From: Alphaproteobacteria bacterium
Lineage (GTDB): Bacteria > Pseudomonadota > Alphaproteobacteria > GM7ARS4 > G965262615
Direction: 5' to 3'
DNA: 64,000 bases
NCBI GenBank assembly: GCA_965262615.1
Contig: OZ253545.1
Location: 320,001 to 384,000, forward strand
The notes under the pieces were generated by a model. That model saw only the letters and a program-made list of their open reading frames with translations, ran no database searches and was not told the origin of the DNA. Each line of letters begins with the position of its first letter. Within the stretch, counting starts at the first letter, position 1. Shown here one piece after another: positions 55,837 to 64,000 of the stretch. The position numbers and the translations under genes were made by a program.

Positions 55837-57122
55837 TGAAAAATTGGGATGATTTGCGGTGGCGAGAGAATGTCATTTTGTTTGTGCCATGTTTTTTGCA
55901 GGGTGTCAATGATGTCTTGTTTTGCGGGATGGGTGGTCATCACCAGCTGGGTGTTCTTGCCTTGAGGCGTGTCTTGAATGATGTGATTGAGAGAGACTCC
56001 CTCGCGCGCGCATTGTTCAGAAATGTGAGCCAACACGCCTGCGCGATCCTCAACCTCTAAGCGAATATAAAACGCGCGGCTCAAAGGATTATGACTCTCA
56101 GTTTTTTTGTCGTATCCATCATTGACGATAGGAAGGGAATTGTTTTCGCGCATTAAATCTGTGAGGTCGCTGATGACGGCGGCGGCGGTGGCGGCGCGTC
56201 CCGCGCCGTGTCCCGTCAGCAATAGGGGACCCAGAGGCTCGCTGTGCAGCACCACCCCATTGGTGACATCATGCACATGGGCAAGGTCATGGTTTTTATC
56301 CAGCAGCATGGCTTCCACATGACGAATCACGCGTCCCTCATGCCACACCCCATCGGCAAGATGGCGAATGACAAACCCCCATTGGGACGCATAGTGAAAA
56401 TCCTCAGTGGTGATGTGTTCAATGCCGCCCACGGGAAATGAGGTGTCCCATCCCGCCTCGCCCCACGCCATTGCCGCAAGGATGGTCAATTTGTGCGCGG
56501 CATCATGCCCGTGAATGTCGGTGGATGGGTCGGCTTCGGCATAGCCCAATTGTTGAGCATCATGCAGGGCATCGCTGAAGGCACGATTTTGCCTCGCCAT
56601 TTGCGTGAGGATATAATTGCATGTGCCATTGAGAATGCCCGTGATGCGGGTGATGTGATTGACCATCATGCCCTCCCGTAGCACCTTGATGACAGGAATG
56701 CCGCCGCCCACCGCCGCCTCAAACGCCAGCTGACAATTGTTTTTGTCTGCCAATGCAAAAAGAGCCTCGCCCTTTTGTGCCAGCAACGCCTTGTTGGCGG
56801 TGATGACATGTTTGCCATTGCGAAGACAGCGCGTCACCAGTTCATCGGCAATGCCGTTCGTGCCGCCAATCAGTTCAATGACGATGTCAATGGCATCATC
56901 GTCCGCCAGCTGCAAAGCATCGGGGACAAAACGGCAGTGTGGCGGCAGAGGTTTTGCGAGTTTGTCATTCAGATCCGACACGGCATGAAGGCGCACGCTT
57001 CCAAGACTGCGCGCCGCCACCAATCCATGATGGTAGGAATCACGCAGCAAATCATAGACACCGCCGCCCACCGTTCCCAAGCCGGCAATGGCAACAGCAT
57101 ATTCTTTTTTAGGATGGCTCAT
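55833..57122 (-). CDS. hom: Homoserine dehydrogenase with ACT domain
   Basis: AGLGTVG, VITANK, EAAVGGGIP, GILNGTCNYIL, GYAEADP. Confidence 0.97.
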   Translation of the reverse strand: MSHPKKEYAVAIAGLGTVGGGVYDLLRDSYHHGLVAARSLGSVRLHAVSDLNDKLAKPLPPHCRFVPDALQLADDDAIDIVIELIGGTNGIADELVTRCLRNGKHVITANKALLAQKGEALFALADKNNCQLAFEAAVGGGIPVIKVLREGMMVNHITRITGILNGTCNYILTQMARQNRAFSDALHDAQQLGYAEADPSTDIHGHDAAHKLTILAAMAWGEAGWDTSFPVGGIEHITTEDFHYASQWGFVIRHLADGVWHEGRVIRHVEAMLLDKNHDLAHVHDVTNGVVLHSEPLGPLLLTGHGAGRAATAAAVISDLTDLMRENNSLPIVNDGYDKKTESHNPLSRAFYIRLEVEDRAGVLAHISEQCAREGVSLNHIIQDTPQGKNTQLVMTTHPAKQDIIDTLQKTWHKQNDILSPPQIIPIFQ

Positions 57123-57124
57123 TG

Positions 57125-57274
57125 TTATGATGGCTCGTTGTTTTTGACTCTGTCAATGATGTCTTGGCGCGTGTTTGCATCGGGCGGCGGGGGGAAGTCC
57201 TTGGTCAAAGAGGGATAATTGCCACACCCACCCAACACTAATACCACAAACAAGCCATAAAACCAGTGACGCAT
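57125..57274 (-). CDS. 49-aa small lipoprotein
   Basis: Not in ORF track: MRHWFYGLFVVLVLGGCGNYPSLTKDFPPPPDANTRQDIIDRVKNNEPS; LGGC lipobox; exactly fills the gap within the operon. Confidence 0.7.
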   Translation of the reverse strand: MRHWFYGLFVVLVLGGCGNYPSLTKDFPPPPDANTRQDIIDRVKNNEPS

Positions 57275-57792
57275 CATGACCGATACCGCACGCTCAGTTC
57301 ATAATAATTGCGCGCCGTCTGTTTGATGAATTGCGTCTCGTCATCTCGCAAGGTTCGGTTGCTGGAGAGGGGACGACCCTTCCATAGCTTGCCGCCCTCC
57401 ACCGTCATGTCGGGAGGCACAAGGCTATGGGCGGCAATCATTGCGCCTTTTTTAATGACCGCGCCGTCCAAAATCACCGAGCCCATGCCAATCAAACAAC
57501 AATCCTCAATGGTGCAGGCGTGAATGATGGCACTATGACCAATGGTCACATCATTGCCAATGGTGGTGAAGGGGCCACCCGTTGTCACATGAATGACACA
57601 CAGGTCTTGAATGTTGGTGCGCTCTCCAATGACGATGGGTCCCACATCGGCTCGTGCCACCGCATTGAACCACACCGATGAGTGCGCGCCGATGGTCACA
57701 TCGCCAATAATCTGTGCGCCTTGAGCGATGAACACATCCGATGCCACCGTCGGGTGGTGACCGTCAAAAGAGTGCAAACACGAATGATTCAT
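57274..57792 (-). CDS. Gamma carbonic anhydrase family (hexapeptide repeat) protein
   Basis: IGDV.IG..SSVW, TNIQD...H, GH.A..H.C, LIGMG. Confidence 0.93.
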   Translation of the reverse strand: MNHSCLHSFDGHHPTVASDVFIAQGAQIIGDVTIGAHSSVWFNAVARADVGPIVIGERTNIQDLCVIHVTTGGPFTTIGNDVTIGHSAIIHACTIEDCCLIGMGSVILDGAVIKKGAMIAAHSLVPPDMTVEGGKLWKGRPLSSNRTLRDDETQFIKQTARNYYELSVRYRS

Positions 57793-58802
57793 GGAAATGA
57801 GGCGGTTTGTGGCAGTGCGGCGGTTTCGTCATACCCTGCCATGATATTCATGTTTTGCACAGCCTGTCCGCTTGCTCCCTTGAGAAGATTGTCCAGCACC
57901 GACACAATGACGATGGTGTCATTTTTTTGCACGCATCCCAGCCAGCACAGATTGCTGCCGTTCGTCCATGCGGTTTCAGGAAGCACAGACTCATCGCACA
58001 GATGGATAAAAGGCTCGGCATGATAGGCATCATGCAGACACTGGCGAATGGTGGCGACAGATTCGCCCTTTTTCAGCGTGCCATAGATGGTTGCCATGAT
58101 GCCCCGAGTCATGGGAACAAGATGAGGCACAAACATGAGTGATGCCCTCGCTGCATCACTGAGCTCTTGTTCCATTTCTGCCATGTGGCGATGATGCCCC
58201 ACGCCATAGGCTTGCACAGAGGCGGCGCGCTCACTGTATAAAAGGGGGCGTTTTGCTTCGCGTCCTGCTCCCGATATGCCGGACTTGGCATCAATGATGA
58301 TGGTGTCCTTGAGTCGTTTTTCGAGAGGCTTCAGAGCTAAAATGACCGCGGTGGCGTAGCATCCCGGATTGGCAACAAGAGTGGCATCGGCGATGGCGGG
58401 GCGATGCCATTCACTCAAACCATACACAGCCTGTGGCAACAGATGTGGCGCATGATGCTTGCCATACCATTGTTCATAATGATTGAGGTCATGCAGTCTG
58501 AAATCTGCACCCAAGTCAATGACCCGACAATGCGGCAGGGCTTGGTCAATCAGCGGCGCGCTTTTGCCGTGTGGCAGGCAAAAGAAGGCGCAATCGTAGT
58601 CTTGCCATTGCAGCTGGTCTATGGGGGTGAGAGGCGGCAGCTGGGCGGCACTCAATGACGGCAAAACCTCATGCCATGATTTGCCCGCCGATTCATGGGC
58701 GGCGGTGGCGACAATGGTGACATCATCGTGACCAATCAGCAATTCAATCAAGGACGCGGCGGTGTATCCGCTTGCTCCCACAATGGCAACACGAAAAGAC
58801 AT
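57789..58802 (-). CDS. argC: N-acetyl-gamma-glutamyl-phosphate reductase
   Basis: GASGYT, LPHG, ADFR, ANPGCY, SGISGAG, DNLLKGASGQAVQN. Confidence 0.97.
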   Translation of the reverse strand: MSFRVAIVGASGYTAASLIELLIGHDDVTIVATAAHESAGKSWHEVLPSLSAAQLPPLTPIDQLQWQDYDCAFFCLPHGKSAPLIDQALPHCRVIDLGADFRLHDLNHYEQWYGKHHAPHLLPQAVYGLSEWHRPAIADATLVANPGCYATAVILALKPLEKRLKDTIIIDAKSGISGAGREAKRPLLYSERAASVQAYGVGHHRHMAEMEQELSDAARASLMFVPHLVPMTRGIMATIYGTLKKGESVATIRQCLHDAYHAEPFIHLCDESVLPETAWTNGSNLCWLGCVQKNDTIVIVSVLDNLLKGASGQAVQNMNIMAGYDETAALPQTASFP

Positions 58803-58885
58803 ACCCTATCTTGTAGCAAAGGGCATGGGTGTTGGCAATTGAGCCCCTTGTTGCGGTGATTGTCTTTTAGCTTTATGATAACGGC

Positions 58886-61444
58886 ATGACGGATGAATCT
58901 TCCACCGACCTTTTGTCGCCTTCGCCTTTTTCGGTGACCATCAAGGAGGAGATGGAACGCTCGTATTTGGATTATGCGATGAGCGTGATTGTGTCGCGCG
59001 CATTGCCGGATTTGCGTGATGGACTCAAGCCCGTGCAAAGGCGGATATTGTTTCGCATGAAGGAATCGGGCTGCACGCCTGATAAAAATTATCGCAAATC
59101 GGCTCGCATCGTGGGGGAAGTGATGGGACGCTACCATCCTCATGGGGATGCGGCGATTTATGATGCCATGGTGCGGATGGCTCAGGATTTTTCCATGCGG
59201 CTGCCGTTGGTGGATGGTCAGGGCAATTTCGGCTCACAAGACGGTGACCCGCCCGCCGCCATGCGCTACACAGAGGCGCGCCTCCATGCCGATGCCATGC
59301 CTTTGTTGCAGGATATTGACTATGACACGGTGGAGTTTCGTGACAACTATGATTCCTCCGCCCAAGAACCCGAAGTTTTGCCCGCGCGCTTTCCCAATTT
59401 GCTCATCAATGGTGCGGGCGGCATTGCGGTGGGCATGGCAACCAACATTCCTCCTCATAATCCAAGCGAAATACTGGATGGCTTGTTGCAGCTGGTGGAC
59501 AATCCAGACATCACGGAAAAGGAGATGATGACAATCATCTCCGCCCCCGACTTTCCCACAGGCGGCATGATTTTGGGATTAGATGGCATTCGCTCTTTAT
59601 TTAAAACCGGCAAAGGCTCATTGCGCATGCGGGCGCGTGCCGAGATTATGCCCCTCAAGAGACAGCAACATGCCATCGTGGTGCATGACATTCCCTATCA
59701 GGTGAATAAGTCTCGCTTGATTGAGCGCATTGCCCATGTGGCGCGTGATAAACAAGTGGAGGGGATCAGTGACATTCGCGATGAGTCCAATCGTGAGGGG
59801 ATGCGTATTGTGATTGAGACGCGCGCATCGGTGGAAGCTCAGGTGGTTCTCAATCAGCTCTATCGCTTGACACCGCTTGAGTCATCTTTTTCGGCACACA
59901 TGCTGATGCTGGTGGATGGCAAGCCGCAATCATTACCGATGCTGGCGATTTTGCGGCATTTTCTGGCATTTCGCGAAGCCACCATTGGCAAACGCACACT
60001 GTATCATTTGAAAAAAAGTCGTGACAAAGCCAGCAATTTGCTGGGCATTGCGGTGGTGGTGAGTCATTTGGACACATTGCTGACAATGATTCGCCAGGCA
60101 AAGGACAGTGACACCGCGCGCGCAGCTCTGACGGCACATGCATGGAATTTGGGAGATGTCGCGCCCTATGTGGCACTGGTGGAGCAGGCATCGGGAGAGA
60201 AAAAGGTGTCATCGGGTGATATCTATCACTTAAGCGATGACCAAGCTCGTGCCATTTTGCAATTGCGCTTGCACCGATTGACTTCGTTGGAGCGAGAGAA
60301 GATTTTTGAGGAATTGCGCGAGCTCACCGATGCCATTGCCGAGTACAGTGCCATTTTGATGAATCGGACGCGTCTGTTGGCGGTTCTCAAGGAAGAATTG
60401 CAGCAATTGCGTGAGCAGTTGGCATCGCCTCGCCGCACGCAGGTGGTGGCAGACCATCAGGACACCGCCGATGAGGATTTGATTCAATCGGAGGATATGG
60501 TGGTGACATTGTCCCAAGAGGGATATATCAAAAGCACGCCTCGCACTTCCTATCGTCCGCAAAAACGCGGCGGGCAAGGCAGCCGAGCCATGACCACCCA
60601 CGAGCAGGACTTTGTCCTCAAAGTTTATGATGTCAACAGTCATACGAAGATTTTCTTTTTCTCCTCATGGGGCAAGATTTACGGCACGAAGGTTCATAAG
60701 TTGCCCAAGAGCAAATCCACGGCGCGCGGGCGTCATTTTGCCCAACTGTTTCCCATTAAAAAGGGCGAGATGATGCACACCATGATGCCATGTCCTGAGG
60801 AATGGCAGAGCGATGACTATTATGTCATTTTAGCCACGGCGAGCGGTTCTATTCGGCGCAATCAATTGACGGACTTTTCCAATGTGGCGGCACATGGCAA
60901 GCGCGCCATGCACTTGGCACAAAATGATCATCTGATTGGGGCAAGCGTCGCTCAAGAGGGCGACCATATTTTGCTTTCCACCCGTCAGGGAAAATCGGTG
61001 CGCTTTGCGGTGGAGGATTTGCGAATCTTTTCCAAAGGAAGCACATCCCATGGTGTCAGAGCCATGACTCTGGAGAATGGCGATGAAATCGTCAGTCAAG
61101 CCATTGTGGCACAAGGCATGGGGCAGACCCATTGTTTGCTCACGGTGCGCAGTGACGGCTATGGCAAACGCACGCCACTGGAGGAGTATCGCATCACCAG
61201 TCGTGGCGGCAAGGGCATTGTTACCATGAAAATGGCGGAACAAACCCAAGTGGTGGCGGCATTGCCTGTGACCGAGAATGACGAAGTCATCCTCACCAGC
61301 AATAGAGGACAATTGATTCGCTGTGCCGCCAAGGGCATATCAACGATGGGAAGGATGTCACGGGGTGTGAGGCTCTTTCGCTGCAAGAGTGATGAATTTG
61401 TCACATCGGTTGCCATTGTCAAAAGCGAGGAGGTGGCATCATGA
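58886..61444 (+). CDS. gyrA: DNA gyrase subunit A
   Basis: [23 protein letters not shown], GyrA-box QKRGGQG. Confidence 0.97.
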   Translation: MTDESSTDLLSPSPFSVTIKEEMERSYLDYAMSVIVSRALPDLRDGLKPVQRRILFRMKESGCTPDKNYRKSARIVGEVMGRYHPHGDAAIYDAMVRMAQDFSMRLPLVDGQGNFGSQDGDPPAAMRYTEARLHADAMPLLQDIDYDTVEFRDNYDSSAQEPEVLPARFPNLLINGAGGIAVGMATNIPPHNPSEILDGLLQLVDNPDITEKEMMTIISAPDFPTGGMILGLDGIRSLFKTGKGSLRMRARAEIMPLKRQQHAIVVHDIPYQVNKSRLIERIAHVARDKQVEGISDIRDESNREGMRIVIETRASVEAQVVLNQLYRLTPLESSFSAHMLMLVDGKPQSLPMLAILRHFLAFREATIGKRTLYHLKKSRDKASNLLGIAVVVSHLDTLLTMIRQAKDSDTARAALTAHAWNLGDVAPYVALVEQASGEKKVSSGDIYHLSDDQARAILQLRLHRLTSLEREKIFEELRELTDAIAEYSAILMNRTRLLAVLKEELQQLREQLASPRRTQVVADHQDTADEDLIQSEDMVVTLSQEGYIKSTPRTSYRPQKRGGQGSRAMTTHEQDFVLKVYDVNSHTKIFFFSSWGKIYGTKVHKLPKSKSTARGRHFAQLFPIKKGEMMHTMMPCPEEWQSDDYYVILATASGSIRRNQLTDFSNVAAHGKRAMHLAQNDHLIGASVAQEGDHILLSTRQGKSVRFAVEDLRIFSKGSTSHGVRAMTLENGDEIVSQAIVAQGMGQTHCLLTVRSDGYGKRTPLEEYRITSRGGKGIVTMKMAEQTQVVAALPVTENDEVILTSNRGQLIRCAAKGISTMGRMSRGVRLFRCKSDEFVTSVAIVKSEEVAS

Positions 61445-61920
61445 CGGCGCGCATTGCTGTGTATCCGGGCAGTTTTGACCCTGTCACTTTGGGGCACATT
61501 GATATCATGAAGCGGGCTCTGTCGGTGGTGGATCGCCTGATTGTGGCGGTGGCACACAATTCTCAAAAAAAGTCATTGTTTGGTGTGGATCTGCGGGTGC
61601 GTCTGATTGAGCAGTCGGTCACAGATGACCGATTACAAGTCATGTCTTTTGATGGTCTTTTGGTTGATTTTGTGCGGGTGCAGAAAGCCAGAATTATTGT
61701 GCGGGGTTTGCGCGCCGTCTCCGATTTTGAATATGAGTTCAAAATGGCGGTTGCCAACTCTAAGCTGGATTCATCCATTGAGACGCTGTTTCTCATGGCA
61801 TCGGAATCGCAACAATTCACCTCATCACAAATCGTGCGAGAGATTGCTTTATTGGGGGGAGATGTGGCACAGTTTGCACCTGAGTCGGTGGTCAAGGCGT
61901 GTCAGGAGGTGAAACTATGA
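61441..61920 (+). CDS. coaD: Phosphopantetheine adenylyltransferase
   Basis: [24 protein letters not shown]. Confidence 0.98.
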   Translation: MTARIAVYPGSFDPVTLGHIDIMKRALSVVDRLIVAVAHNSQKKSLFGVDLRVRLIEQSVTDDRLQVMSFDGLLVDFVRVQKARIIVRGLRAVSDFEYEFKMAVANSKLDSSIETLFLMASESQQFTSSQIVREIALLGGDVAQFAPESVVKACQEVKL

Positions 61921-62765
61921 AAAGCATGAGGCAAGGTTTGGTGATGGCAGGATTGTTTGTGTGCTCGGCAGCCAGTGCGGAGATGTCATTTCAATTTGTG
62001 CCAAAGACGAAACACAAGGATGCACCGCAAAAGGTGATTATTACAATTGAGGGTGATGATGGCACAGTAGAGACCATCACCCATTTCATGATGAAAAAAA
62101 CGCCCCTGCCTGTTGTGGATGGCGTGCCGCCCTCGCCGTGGCGGTATGCTCCCATTATTGCGCGCGCCCGTCCTGATAAAAGTTCTTGGAAGGTGATGGT
62201 GCCGTCTCGCCCGTGGGTGCGTCCCATTATGCGCATGACAGCCTCTGTGCCGCCCAAGAATGAATTGCTTTTTTTGCAGCTGGATGAGGGGGTCTTGGCT
62301 ATTCGCATGCGCGATGACCTTGCACCACAAACGGTTGCCAAAATGAAACAATGGGTGAGCCAAGGAGCGTTTGATGGCGTTGCTTTTGCGCGCGTCGTGC
62401 GGGGATTGATGGCACAGACAACGCCTCCCACCAACAGTGATGAGAGTCTGCAAGCGGAGCTATCACCCGTTCCCTATTTGCGTGGCACGGTGGGCATGAT
62501 GCGTGACGCGGATGATGTCAATTCTGCCGATGGGTCATTTTTCATTACATTTGCACCGACTTCTTTTTTATCGGGGCAATACAGTGCGTGGGGCGATGTG
62601 GTGCGCGGCATGGATTTGTTGACTCACATCAAACGAGGGCATCCGCAAACGGGATGGGTGGATGATGCTCCCACCATCATTCGCCGAGCCTATCTGGGAC
62701 GAGACATGAATCAAGATGAATTCGCCACCATCATGCAGCCACTGCCCGCCATGGGCGGACGCTAA
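61917..62765 (+). CDS. Cyclophilin-type peptidyl-prolyl isomerase (divergent, with N-terminal extension and signal peptide)
   Basis: DLAP, F.RV..G.MAQ, RGTVGM.R, NSA.GSFFI, WG.V..GM; gyrA-coaD-ppi synteny. Confidence 0.82.
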   Translation: MKSMRQGLVMAGLFVCSAASAEMSFQFVPKTKHKDAPQKVIITIEGDDGTVETITHFMMKKTPLPVVDGVPPSPWRYAPIIARARPDKSSWKVMVPSRPWVRPIMRMTASVPPKNELLFLQLDEGVLAIRMRDDLAPQTVAKMKQWVSQGAFDGVAFARVVRGLMAQTTPPTNSDESLQAELSPVPYLRGTVGMMRDADDVNSADGSFFITFAPTSFLSGQYSAWGDVVRGMDLLTHIKRGHPQTGWVDDAPTIIRRAYLGRDMNQDEFATIMQPLPAMGGR

Positions 62766-63385
62766 TCGGCTTGTTGTCCAAAGTGAGGGCTATCGTCACG
62801 CTTGAGATAAGCGTCCTCCTGTGGTGTGTTCGCGCGCTCCAGCACGGCATTGCGATGGGGAAATCTGCCGAACTGGGCGATGATATCATAGTGTTGCTGG
62901 GCAAAATCGGACGCGTATTGCAGTGCTTTTTGGTGATGAGGATGGCGCGCCTCATCCACCAATGATTGGTAGAGCGTGAGAGATTCTTTTTGCCGTTCCA
63001 GCGATTCGCTGTGTTGCCATGGCAAATAATAAAATTGACGACACACGAGCGGCAATTGCTGTGGGTATCCACGCGCCACACCATCCATTGCCAATGACAG
63101 AGCCTTGTCATCGTGAGCAAAGGCTTGGGGCGTGCCGCGATGCAGCTGACGGCTGAATTGATCCAGCACAATAATCAGTGCCAGTGAGCCCAGTGATCCA
63201 TTGCGCTGTTCGTGCCAATCATCCAGTGCATCAGTGGTGGCAAGAGTATGCAACGCGCCAAATTGCTCTTTGATGCGGTCGTCATCATCTGGGGAGGCTT
63301 GAAACCACAGTTTGGAGCGGTCATCCTGAACCCAGCCATCGCGAATGGTCCCAAACCAAAAATCTATGACGGCTTGCGGTGACAT
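62762..63385 (-). CDS. DUF924 family protein
   Basis: IDFWF, IIVLDQFSR, FYYLP..HSE, FGRFPHRN. Confidence 0.92.
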   Translation of the reverse strand: MSPQAVIDFWFGTIRDGWVQDDRSKLWFQASPDDDDRIKEQFGALHTLATTDALDDWHEQRNGSLGSLALIIVLDQFSRQLHRGTPQAFAHDDKALSLAMDGVARGYPQQLPLVCRQFYYLPWQHSESLERQKESLTLYQSLVDEARHPHHQKALQYASDFAQQHYDIIAQFGRFPHRNAVLERANTPQEDAYLKRDDSPHFGQQAD

Positions 63386-64000
63386 TCACACACCCCACAG
63401 CAATGCACCGCCCAAAAGCAGTCGGTACACGACAAATATTGTAAAACGAGCCGAGCGTAGCCATGCCATCATGGCACGAATGGCAAGCCATGCCACAACA
63501 AACGAGGCAACAAACACAATTGCGCCATCGTGTGTGAGTTCAGGCAACGGCGAGGTCACAAGGGTGAGAGTGACCGCTCCCACAATGATGGGAATGGACA
63601 TGAGCAAGGAGAGATGCGCCGCGCTGCGTCTTTCAAACCCCATGAGGCGCGCCGCCGTGATGACGCATCCCGCGCGAGACGCACCCACAATGAAAGAAAA
63701 GCATTGTGCCACGCCCAGTGCCGCCGCGTGAGAAAATGCGAGGCGGTCTGTTTTTTTCACCGTCATGGAAAAGCGATCCGCGCCGTAGAGCAAAAGGGCA
63801 AACACGATGTTTGCCACCGCCACCACCTCCAGTGTGCGCATCCATTGCCACAAGCCCCAGTAATGCAAAAGCCCCCCCACCATGATGGCTGGAAGGCTTG
63901 CCATGATGAGCATCATCAGCATGGCTTTGCCGCGATGATTTTTGCCGCGCACCACAGCATACGCCGCCCCCGCCAACTGACCCATATCATGACGCACATA
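63386..64000 (-). CDS. uppP: Undecaprenyl-diphosphate phosphatase (5' part outside window)
   Basis: G.AQ.F....GASRAG, AA..S.LMSIP, FVVYRLLLG. Confidence 0.88.
   Translation of the reverse strand, partial: YVRHDMGQLAGAAYAVVRGKNHRGKAMLMMLIMASLPAIMVGGLLHYWGLWQWMRTLEVVAVANIVFALLLYGADRFSMTVKKTDRLAFSHAAALGVAQCFSFIVGASRAGCVITAARLMGFERRSAAHLSLLMSIPIIVGAVTLTLVTSPLPELTHDGAIVFVASFVVAWLAIRAMMAWLRSARFTIFVVYRLLLGGALLWGV

Overview
Origin-proximal chromosome segment of a divergent, tightly packed alphaproteobacterium. Host association is an inference from the long-branch proteins and many ATGA overlaps. The window is mostly housekeeping genes: pheST-rplT-rpmI-infC-thrS, mnmG-rsmG-parAB with two perfect parS sites, mnmE, yejABEF, dnaA-dnaN-recF, rho-hemJ-hemE, a candidate oriC at about 30.7-31.0 kb, maf-aroE-coaE-dnaQ-purEK, lysA-argH, petABC, hemF, cca, pheA-kdsB, hom-argC, gyrA-coaD. 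Scattered PQQ-dehydrogenase accessory genes lie among them. The most striking item is an intact tRNA gene at 55269-55352 (-) with a complete tRNA-Leu body but a GUC (Asp) anticodon. It sits between a foreign-looking ORF and a possible antisense transcription unit. Other unusual items: two transposase-less cassettes with related IS1595-like ends and 8-bp target duplications, one carrying a Bro-N/BstA-like gene; a 3x174-bp tandem copy of the ogt/rho overlap whose copies differ mostly at silent sites; a CCA-adding enzyme split into two ORFs although neither tRNA here encodes CCA; a frameshift fusing ArgH to a small lipoprotein; and variant DnaA boxes (TTATCAACA) alongside an altered DnaA recognition motif. 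All family assignments are by eye from motifs and synteny; no searches were run.
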